From positions 4,650,001 to 4,682,000 of the forward strand of contig NC_009483.1 in NCBI RefSeq assembly GCF_000016745.1: a stretch of 32,000 nucleotides of DNA, read 5' to 3'. The DNA is from Geotalea uraniireducens Rf4. Its GTDB lineage: Bacteria > Desulfobacterota > Desulfuromonadia > Geobacterales > Geobacteraceae. A model generated the notes under the pieces. That model was not told the origin of the DNA and did no database searches. It saw only the letters and a list, made by a program, of their open reading frames with translations. Position numbers and translations under genes: made by a program. Positions 24,992 to 32,000 of this stretch are shown here, one piece after another (the stretch's first letter is position 1; every line of letters starts with the position of its first letter).

Positions 24992-25225
24992 TTAACCGCC
25001 GCAACTGCATGATTTGGCGTTGCACGAAGTGCGACACCCTCCCGGCGCCTGCAAGTCGGCGCCATGCTCCAGGAAGCAGTCCAGTGAGGAACGGTCGACG
25101 TACCATTCATCATCAGTCATGGCCCCCGTGAGTGCATTCTGCTTGAGCAACATGAGCACCTTCAGATGGGTAGTTTTCAGTTCCTTTGCCGCCTCAAACA
25201 GCGACAGACGTTCGTTAGTCTTCAT
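24992..25225 (-). CDS. 77-aa excisionase/MerR-like HTH protein with a C-terminal Cys-rich tail
   Basis: The ATG at 25225 lies 5 nt after a perfect AAGGAGG, which overlaps the ORF-track start at 25246. The HTH_17-like pattern is LSLFEAAKELKTTHLKVLMLLKQNALTGAMTDDEWYVDRSSLDCFLE. The tail reads ...APGG-CRTSCNAKSCSCGG. Confidence 0.7.
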   Translation of the reverse strand: MKTNERLSLFEAAKELKTTHLKVLMLLKQNALTGAMTDDEWYVDRSSLDCFLEHGADLQAPGGCRTSCNAKSCSCGG

Positions 25226-25495
25226 CTTATCCTCCTTAGCCGGCATGCACCAATCCCGCTTCGTCTCTTTCTCAACCGCTAAACATCTTCTTCATTGTAC
25301 GTGCCAAGATGGAGCGTGAAGCGCCAATGCCGGTTTCATGCAGTTTCGAGGAACCCTGCATCGGCAAGGGCAGATAACTATGGCTGAATGTGCAAGAAAA
25401 TCGGGCATGGGTGCGGCGGTTTGCGGCAGCCAAGGGTCTTATTGGCGGGGACAAATCCGGACAATTGTGCTATAGGTTCCACGTTGGAGGAGTCC

Positions 25496-26095
25496 ATGAT
25501 GGTTCATGTCCGGAAAGATGAAAAGGAAGTTGCCTGCCAGCAGATATTGCAGCAGGATTCTTCGGTATATTCCATACAGTGGATGGTCATCCCGGATCGA
25601 TATGCAGAAGGGTTGACTGCAATTTACCTTCTCGACCGTTACCTGACCCATGTCAGGGAATACACCCTCGCCCTGATCAGGCCGATCAAGGTTGAAGGCG
25701 GCATTGAATTTCGCCTCTTCACAACGGCGCTGAGCATCCTCAGTTTTTCCCCGCCGGAATTTCATTTCTCGGAAGGCTCGTTTGCCGTAGATCTCTGCAT
25801 TTCGGGAGGCGTTCTCGTCCAGGCAGGCGAATGCGACCGGGGCAGGTTCTCCCTGATGGCCGAGCAGGTTGCCGATGGAACGCGGATAACCCTGCAACTC
25901 TCCGACTATTGCCCGATCCTCTTGGGAAGCAGCAAACCCTCACCATTAAGAAAGCTTCTCTATAGATTGACCCAGGCTTACATCCACAAGATCGCAACCG
26001 TCAAATACCTCGCCCTCCTCTACCGGGATCTGTCCGGCAAGGATATCTGTGTACGATTGAAAAAGGTGACCGTCCGTGAAGGTGAGGAAACCTGA
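25496..26095 (+). CDS. hypothetical protein (199 aa), no family recognised
   Basis: Open frame with a GGAGGAG RBS 4 nt before ATG 25496. The ORF-track start at 25388 has no RBS. The codon usage looks similar to that of its neighbours. Confidence 0.5.
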   Translation: MMVHVRKDEKEVACQQILQQDSSVYSIQWMVIPDRYAEGLTAIYLLDRYLTHVREYTLALIRPIKVEGGIEFRLFTTALSILSFSPPEFHFSEGSFAVDLCISGGVLVQAGECDRGRFSLMAEQVADGTRITLQLSDYCPILLGSSKPSPLRKLLYRLTQAYIHKIATVKYLALLYRDLSGKDICVRLKKVTVREGEET

Positions 26096-26318
26096 CCCGC
26101 AATATACGCTCAAAATTCAAGCAGACGACAGCACCAACGAACTCCCAGCTAAGCAAATCATAATCATAAAAATATTGACATTCATCGATAGAGGCATTAT
26201 TTATGGGCGGCCTATTTGATGCAAATATACAGATAATCAGGGCGGGTGTTCAATTGGAAGGTTTGCCTGTTTCGGCGTGGAATGGGAAGATCTTCCATCA
26301 TCATGAGGCGGGCGGGCA

Positions 26319-26675
26319 ATGACACCAGAACAAGCAAAATCTTTTGCAACAGATTGGATCGAATCGTGGAATAGCGGCAATCTGGATGCAATTCTCTCCC
26401 ATTATGACGAAGACGTCGAATGGTCTTCAACTTGCGCCTCCACGCACAATGGTCTCGAAACATTGCGTGGAAAGAAACAGGTTCGGGCTTACTGGGAAAA
26501 AGACCTTGGGGAAATGTCCAACCTCCGACTTGAACTGGTAGAGGTGGTAACCGGCGATTCGAGCGTTACCATCTGTTACCGGGCGCCAGAGGATAAATTT
26601 GTCGCGGACGTCCTTTTTTTCAATGAAAACGGTAAAGTTCTGAAAGCCGTTACCATGTCACACGAAACCCCGTAG
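26319..26675 (+). CDS. SnoaL-like / NTF2-family protein
   Basis: 118 aa. AKSFATDWIESWNSGNLDAILSHYDEDVEW is typical of SnoaL_2/NTF2-like proteins. Confidence 0.7.
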   Translation: MTPEQAKSFATDWIESWNSGNLDAILSHYDEDVEWSSTCASTHNGLETLRGKKQVRAYWEKDLGEMSNLRLELVEVVTGDSSVTICYRAPEDKFVADVLFFNENGKVLKAVTMSHETP

Positions 26676-26737
26676 AACGCCACATCTTATAACCTGCACC
26701 ACCCTCCCCAAACTGTAAAAGCCTCATCTACGCTGTT

Positions 26738-28369
26738 TTACACTTGCAGATCCGCACTGGATTTGGAGAGATAATACCCGTAATCCCCCTCGTAGACCCG
26801 CATCTCGCCGTGATCGATCTCGAATACCCGGTCCACCAGCATGCGGAGAAAATGACGGTCATGGCTGACCAATATGACCGTGCCGGCAAAGTTCTTCAAC
26901 GCATCGAGAAGGATTTCCCGCGATTTGATATCCAGATGGTTGGTCGGCTCGTCGAGGACGAGAAAATTGACCGGCCGCGCCAAGAGCGTTGCCAGCACGA
27001 CGCGGCTTTTTTCGCCCCCGGAAAGGTTCTCGATCTTTTTGTCCACGGCATCCCCCTGAAAGAGGAAGGCCCCGAGCAGGTTCCTGATGACGCCGATGTT
27101 GGCAAGCGGCATCGCCTCCTGCACCGTCTCGAAGACCGTTTTCTTCGGTTCGAGAACCTCCATGGCGTGCTGGCTGAAGTAACCCAGTTCCACATTGGCC
27201 CCCAGAGTAACGCTGCCGGTGGTGGATGCGGTCTGCCCTGCGAGAACCTTGAGAAAGGTCGATTTCCCCGCGCCATTCACTCCGACAACGGCAATCTTGT
27301 TCTGCCGACGGACAATGCCGGAAACACCGCTGAAGACCGAGGTTCCATGCCCATCGGTTGCCGGCCAGTATTTGCCAAGGCTATCCATTACGACCACGTC
27401 ATCGCCGCTACGGGGCGGCTGGTTAAACTCGAAACGTACGGTCCGCTCCTCGGGGGGTATTTCGATCCGGTCGATCTTGTCCAGCTTCTTTACCCGGGAC
27501 TGGACCTGTGCCGCATGGGAAGCGCGGGCTGCGAACCGGGCGATAAACTCCTCCTCCTTGGCAAGCATGTCCTGCTGGCGTTTGTGGCTGGCAAGGAGCT
27601 GCTCATGGCGAATATCACGCTCCCGCTCGTAAAAGTCATAGTTGCCGCCGTAGGTGGTGACCGTCTTGTTGGCCACCTCGACGATACGGGTGACAATGCG
27701 GTTCATGAAATCGCGGTCATGGCTCGTCATCAGCAACGCCCCCTTGAACTCGGTCGCCAGCCACTCCTCCAGCCAGATGATCGACTCCACATCCAGGTGG
27801 TTGGTCGGTTCGTCGAGGAGAAGTACGTCCGGTTTCAGGGTCAGGATCTTTGCCAGGGCAATGCGCATTTTCCAGCCGCCGCTGAAGGACTCCACCGGAT
27901 TGTTAAACCGGTCCGGCCCGATACCGAGGCCGGTCAGTACCGCCTGGGCGCGGGAGTCCAGGTCGTATCCGCCCTTGTGCTCGAACTCCTCCATGGCTGC
28001 ACCGTAGCGCTCAAGAAGGTCTGCCATTTCGTCGTCGGACATGGGCCGACACATGGCCTCCTCCATCAACTTAAGGTCAGCTGCAAGCCGGACCGTATCC
28101 CCTGCACCGGCCATCACCTCTTCCAGTGCCGAGCGCCCCGACATATACCCTACATCCTGGGAAAAGTAGCCGATGGTGGTCCTTTTGGCGAGGGTGATCT
28201 CCCCTGCGTCAACCTCCTCCTCGCCGGTAATAATGCGAAAAACCGAGGTCTTGCCGGCGCCGTTGGGACCCACCAGCCCGGTCCGCGTACCGGGAAGTAT
28301 CTGAAAACTCGCATCGCGAAAAAGAAGCTGCGAGCCGTGCTGCTTGGTAATGTTCGACAGGTGAATCAT
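26738..28369 (-). CDS. ABC-F family ATPase (two ABC cassettes, no TM domain)
   Basis: Walker A GPNGAGKTS and GVNGAGKST. Signatures FSGGWKMR and LSGGEKSR. Walker B LLLDEPTNHLD and LVLDEPTNHLD. A charged inter-domain linker is present. I place the start at ATG 28369 (GGAGAT RBS). Confidence 0.92.
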   Translation of the reverse strand: MIHLSNITKQHGSQLLFRDASFQILPGTRTGLVGPNGAGKTSVFRIITGEEEVDAGEITLAKRTTIGYFSQDVGYMSGRSALEEVMAGAGDTVRLAADLKLMEEAMCRPMSDDEMADLLERYGAAMEEFEHKGGYDLDSRAQAVLTGLGIGPDRFNNPVESFSGGWKMRIALAKILTLKPDVLLLDEPTNHLDVESIIWLEEWLATEFKGALLMTSHDRDFMNRIVTRIVEVANKTVTTYGGNYDFYERERDIRHEQLLASHKRQQDMLAKEEEFIARFAARASHAAQVQSRVKKLDKIDRIEIPPEERTVRFEFNQPPRSGDDVVVMDSLGKYWPATDGHGTSVFSGVSGIVRRQNKIAVVGVNGAGKSTFLKVLAGQTASTTGSVTLGANVELGYFSQHAMEVLEPKKTVFETVQEAMPLANIGVIRNLLGAFLFQGDAVDKKIENLSGGEKSRVVLATLLARPVNFLVLDEPTNHLDIKSREILLDALKNFAGTVILVSHDRHFLRMLVDRVFEIDHGEMRVYEGDYGYYLSKSSADLQV

Positions 28370-28463
28370 CCGGGGATCTCCATGCGTTGAATAGTATATT
28401 GATTTTGTTAGCACGCCGGTTGGCCGGGTGACAACTTAAATTTTCCCAAGGAAAGATGGGCAT

Positions 28464-28492
28464 AAAAAAAGTCTGCAATTGCAGACTTTTTT
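28464..28492. terminator. bidirectional intrinsic terminator (downstream of the skp-like gene)
   Basis: AAAAAAA-GTCTGC-AATT-GCAGAC-TTTTTT. Confidence 0.75.
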
Positions 28493-28547
28493 CATCAAGA
28501 AGAACAACTTTACAGAGGCGCTGAGCAAAAATGCAGAGTTTCCTATG

Positions 28548-29186
28548 TTACGGCTTTTGTCCCTTTTCGTTCACAAGCTTTAAAATTGCATCCGTTACGT
28601 CCTGCACATCCACCCCGCTGCCGAGATAGAGGATATCCTTCTTTACGCAGATGGCCGTGTAACCGTTGGCCTTGCCGTAAGCAACAGCGGCTTGCTCGAT
28701 ATCCTGGTAGAGCTTGCGGGAAATCTCCTCCTGAAAGGCCTGCATCTCATTTTCCGCTTTCTGGACAAACTTCTGGTATTCCTCGACCTTCTTCTCAAAA
28801 TCCTTGGCCTTGGCCGCCCGCTGTTCTGGGGTTAAGGTCGCCAGCTTTGCCTGGATCGCGGCCTTCTTTTTTTCCAGCTGCTTCTGTTTGGCCGCGATCT
28901 GGCTTTTATATTTATCGGATTTTTCCTCGAACCGGGCTTTGGCCGCCTTACCCTGGACCGATTCGCTGCCCAGCTTGAGCATATCCGCATAGCCGAACTT
29001 TATGGTCCGTTCTGCCTTGCCCGGTTCAACGCCTTTCACTGCAGGGCTTGTCAAGGCCGGTAAAGCCGGTTGCACAACTGTTTCGACTTTCGGTTCAGGA
29101 ACGGGCTTGGTTTCCTCTGCGCCAGCCAAGATTGGCAAGGTAGCAAGAAGGACGGCGACAAAGATTTTCCTCAATGGTTTATACAT
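28548..29186 (-). CDS. skp: OmpH/Skp-family periplasmic chaperone
   Basis: Signal peptide (VAVLLATLPILAGA). A long Lys/Glu/Gln-rich coiled region follows (KAAKARFEEKSDKYKSQIAAKQKQLEKKKAAIQAKL...). The C-terminal segment is beta-like. Confidence 0.8.
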   Translation of the reverse strand: MYKPLRKIFVAVLLATLPILAGAEETKPVPEPKVETVVQPALPALTSPAVKGVEPGKAERTIKFGYADMLKLGSESVQGKAAKARFEEKSDKYKSQIAAKQKQLEKKKAAIQAKLATLTPEQRAAKAKDFEKKVEEYQKFVQKAENEMQAFQEEISRKLYQDIEQAAVAYGKANGYTAICVKKDILYLGSGVDVQDVTDAILKLVNEKGQKP

Positions 29187-29445
29187 TCCAGTACCTCATT
29201 CCGGCAGGCTTCACCCGACCGTTGATTTGTCTCAGCGCGAAAAGGATAGCGCGTTTTCACCCATTAGGCAAACAAAGAACGCACCGACCTCGCACACACA
29301 CCCTTTTACAGCCCTATCACGATTTGTCCATTAATAGAATATGCAGGACATTCTCCTCATGTTTGCCGACAAAACTGCCGATAAGAGTTATACCCTCGAC
29401 AGAAGGGATAAGTTTCTTCGAATTGCATTCGAACAGGGGTTGGCC

Positions 29446-30399
29446 ATGCATGAAACCATATTGTTTGTCGATGACGAGAAAGTTTACCTTGATTACACCA
29501 GAAGCCTCTTCGAGAACAAGGGACTGACCATCTTAACTGCCAACTCTGCCTTGGAAGCGCTGGATGTTATCAACCAGAACATAATATGCGTGATTGTGGC
29601 CGACAACCAGATGCCCGGCATGTGTGGCCTGGAGCTCCTTACAAAGATCAAGGAAATTTCCCCGCACACCGTAAAGATCATGATGACTGGCAGCGCAGAC
29701 CTTGCCACTGCGCTTTCCGCCATTAATAACGGCGAGGTTTTCCGCTTTGTCGTCAAACCCTGGAAGAATTCGGAGATGATTAGGGCAGTAAAAGATGGGA
29801 TACGCAGATTCCGCATTCTGCAATCCATAAAGAGAGAGGATGAATTTGTCCTGCACTCACTAGCTCAAACCATCGAACTGAAAGATGCCTCTACCAAAGG
29901 GCACTGCGACCGGGTTGCCACATTGGCGCTGCAAATCGCCAAGGATTTGGGGATCGGAGAGACCATACAGGAGGAAATTAAATTCGGCAGCTGGCTCCAT
30001 GACTGCGGCAAGATCGGTGTGCCTGAGGCGATTCTCAATGCCAACCGTAAACTGACTGACGAGGAGTTCGAGCTGATAAAGAAGCACTCGGCTTGGGGGT
30101 GCAGCGTGGTACGCAAGGCAAATCTTTCCATAACGGTGCAGAATATCGTTCTCTATCACCACGAACGCTACGACGGCAAGGGATACCCCTCCGGCCTCCA
30201 TGGCGACAACATTCCCCTGGAAGCCCGGATCGTTGCCGTTGCGGATGTTTACGATGCACTCTCTGTGGACAGACCTTATCGCAAAAAATTATCCCGGGAA
30301 AACATCATGGAAACCATGGTAGAAATGCGGGGGACCAACCTCGATCCCGAGATTGTAGATGCACTGTTTGCAATCCTCAAGGTTGATTTTCAGGACTAA
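29446..30399 (+). CDS. response regulator with an HD-GYP domain (c-di-GMP phosphodiesterase, RpfG-like)
   Basis: REC domain (ILFVDDEKV...VIVADNQMPGMCG...TGS). HD-GYP domain with GHCDRV, LHDCGKIGVP and HHERYDGKGYP. I prefer the start at ATG 29446. The ORF-track start at 29341 adds 35 aa and has no RBS. Confidence 0.88.
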   Translation: MHETILFVDDEKVYLDYTRSLFENKGLTILTANSALEALDVINQNIICVIVADNQMPGMCGLELLTKIKEISPHTVKIMMTGSADLATALSAINNGEVFRFVVKPWKNSEMIRAVKDGIRRFRILQSIKREDEFVLHSLAQTIELKDASTKGHCDRVATLALQIAKDLGIGETIQEEIKFGSWLHDCGKIGVPEAILNANRKLTDEEFELIKKHSAWGCSVVRKANLSITVQNIVLYHHERYDGKGYPSGLHGDNIPLEARIVAVADVYDALSVDRPYRKKLSRENIMETMVEMRGTNLDPEIVDALFAILKVDFQD

Positions 30400-30583
30400 A
30401 CTAAAGCGATCAAATCGGCACATCCTGCCGACGTCCGCAGAAATTCCGCCAAAGCCTTGTCCATCTGGCTGATATGGTTCCTGAGCCAATCGAATACCGT
30501 TTTGTTGATCTGCATCATCAAAATCAGGGTCGCCACTTCCCCGGCAAGAAAAGAATTCACGTTAAAGCAGAATCTCCAAAATA

Positions 30584-31675
30584 TCAGAGCAGTCCATCGA
30601 TAGCCTCAAAATCGATAACGGACTCCGCCAGGGAGGTGATAAGGGAAAGCTTCTCTTCGTCTTGCGCCGAGATCTTCGACACATGATCCGAAAGTCGCGT
30701 AAAGGCATCGGCGGTTCTCTCCTCGGTACGGATATAGGGTATCCGGCTGTCGTCAAGGATTTTCTGACTGATGGCAGATATGGGCGCATAGCCGGGGATG
30801 ACAAGCCCAGCAAGCTTCTGCCGAAAGTCTGGAATCTGATACAGGGAGGAAGCCGTGACGATCAGTTCGTCCCGGGAACTGGTGGTGATGAGGAGGGTCG
30901 ATTCCAGCAGGCCGTCGATTACCCGCTGGGAGGAGGCGGCCCCGAGCTGCACATGGTGGACGATGCGTCCTTTTTCCCCGGCATCGCCATGGAGGGGAAG
31001 TCCGAACAGCCGGGAGATGCTTTGGAGGGTCGGGTTGGCAAGGACGGGGGAATAGTCGAATGCCCCGGCAACGCTTAGCTCCCGCCCACTGAAAGCACGC
31101 TGCAGGTAATCCAGTGAGCAGGTGCGCTTTTCCGCAAGCAGCTTGTTGACCAGTATTTGCCGGACGTCAACGCCGTCCTGCTTATACAAGGCAAGATTCA
31201 GTTGCACGGAATCTATCACGTTTCCAATGCCGCCGCCGGTTACCATCACTACCGGCGCATTGAGCAGTTTCGCAACCCGGGCGTTGTTCAGGCCGATGAC
31301 CGAGCCAACCCCGCCATGTCCTGCCCCTTCGATGATAAGGAAATCGTTCTTTTTTTCCAACTCCGCACAGGAACGGGCGATGGCATCTTCGTGGTAGCAG
31401 GACGGTATTTCACCGTCCAGAAATCTCTTGGTGGAGCCCTTCCCCAGCACCACCGGCGACATGAAGGCGGCATCGTCCTCAAGGCCGTAGATTTTAGCCA
31501 TGAGCGCCGCATCCTTGTCCATGGTAATGCCGTTGAATTCGGTGCATTTAGGGCCGATCGGCTTGATGAAGCCGACCCGTCCATATTTTTTTCTGGCCAG
31601 ATGCATCAGCGAAACGCTGATGGTGGTTTTCCCGCAATGCTGGCCCGTCGCCGCAATAAAGATTTTCTTGCACAT
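30584..31675 (-). CDS. P-loop (BioD/CobQ-like) plus DRTGG-type domain protein, related to the N-terminal region of phosphotransacetylase
   Basis: KKIFIAATGQHCGKTTISVSL P-loop, IIEGAGHGGVGS, and a C-terminal regulatory-like domain. I place the start at ATG 31675. The functional assignment is tentative. Confidence 0.55.
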   Translation of the reverse strand: MCKKIFIAATGQHCGKTTISVSLMHLARKKYGRVGFIKPIGPKCTEFNGITMDKDAALMAKIYGLEDDAAFMSPVVLGKGSTKRFLDGEIPSCYHEDAIARSCAELEKKNDFLIIEGAGHGGVGSVIGLNNARVAKLLNAPVVMVTGGGIGNVIDSVQLNLALYKQDGVDVRQILVNKLLAEKRTCSLDYLQRAFSGRELSVAGAFDYSPVLANPTLQSISRLFGLPLHGDAGEKGRIVHHVQLGAASSQRVIDGLLESTLLITTSSRDELIVTASSLYQIPDFRQKLAGLVIPGYAPISAISQKILDDSRIPYIRTEERTADAFTRLSDHVSKISAQDEEKLSLITSLAESVIDFEAIDGLL

Positions 31676-31872
31676 CCCTGAATCCCCTGTCGCACCCGTT
31701 GACTGTAAAAATCTCCTCGTGTATGTAAATATAGTGGGATGCATACACAGGGTACAAGGACGTATACGGAATGTGCAGTATACGTTTTCAGGACAGGGGA
31801 AATTCGCCGGGCTTTCGGCGCCAGATAAGAGTTACGCTGGTAAGATTTGAGCCGACTCCGACCTGAGCGACG

Positions 31873-31903
31873 AAAAAAAAGCCCCATGGAAATTCCATGG
31901 GGC
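31873..31903 (-). terminator. intrinsic terminator downstream of the right-edge gene
   Basis: Minus-strand GCCCCATGG-AATTT-CCATGGGGC followed by TTTTTTTT. Confidence 0.8.
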
Positions 31904-31937
31904 TTTTGCATTACATCGCGTTATCACTCGATACTTG

Positions 31938-32000
31938 TTACTCGCAAAGGTCGACCTTTACATCCCAGTTCTTGATCTTCATGGTGCCGTTGCGCTCCAG
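31938..32000 (-). CDS. C-terminal 20 codons of an unidentified gene entering from the right edge
   Basis: The minus-strand frame reads ...LERNGTMKIKNWDVKVDLCE-TAA (stop codon at 31940..31938) and is followed by a strong terminator. It is too short to identify. Confidence 0.4.
   Translation of the reverse strand: MERNGTMKIKNWDVKVDLCE

Noticed and set aside
26744-28390. A 548-aa plus-strand ORF almost exactly coextensive with the ABC-F gene, which raises the question of a long overlapping gene.
   Set aside because: The minus-strand frame carries two complete sets of Walker A, ABC signature and Walker B motifs. The plus-strand translation is low-complexity (rich in G, P, R, L and H), has no recognisable motif and has no RBS. 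It is a typical antisense shadow ORF of a codon-biased, GC-rich gene.
8396-31744. The ORF-track upstream starts for several genes: 2165, 8396, 15620, 17350, 25246, 25388, 28414, 29341 and 31744.
   Set aside because: In each case a downstream ATG has a much better Shine-Dalgarno sequence and gives a canonical N-terminus (signal peptide, REC domain start, P-loop or ABC start). The longer form would overlap a neighbouring gene, a repeat or the RBS itself. Several ORF-track first codons are TTG or GTG rather than ATG.

Overview
The gene content suggests a chromosomal, mostly housekeeping segment of a Geobacter/Desulfuromonadales-like deltaproteobacterium. This assignment is an inference from multihaem cytochromes, sucCD, bamD, typA, an MltD-like lytic transglycosylase, xerC, a Cache-type MCP, cold-shock genes and c-di-GMP response regulators. 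I can support about 36 protein-coding genes. One is a cytochrome c gene that runs off the left edge and is missing from the ORF track, and one is a short C-terminal fragment at the right edge. I found no rRNA, tRNA, CRISPR array, transposase, integrase cassette or recognisable defence system. XerC looks like the housekeeping recombinase. The features not explained by ordinary genes are as follows. (1) A family of short, structured, inverted-repeat-bounded elements. One copy of about 190 bp is wedged between sucC and sucD. Two direct copies bracket a plus-strand two-gene module (an octahaem CxxCK nitrite-reductase-like cytochrome plus an REC-PAS-GGDEF regulator) that sits among minus-strand genes. 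One of those copies carries a nested palindromic insertion exactly in its central hairpin. (2) A class-II CRP/FNR-type promoter geometry upstream of the octahaem cytochrome. (3) An orphan transcription unit of about 200 nt (consensus sigma70 promoter to intrinsic terminator) between a DUF362 Fe-S gene and the transglycosylase gene. It could be an sRNA or a 20-codon sORF. (4) A 77-aa excisionase-type HTH protein ending in a GG-preceded Cys/Ser/Thr-rich tail. (5) An MCP with an unusually long signalling hairpin of roughly 64 heptads that shows internal heptad-block duplications. (6) Two convergent cold-shock paralogs that form a large imperfect inverted repeat. None of these is demonstrably a new biological system from sequence alone, and each finding says what would decide it.
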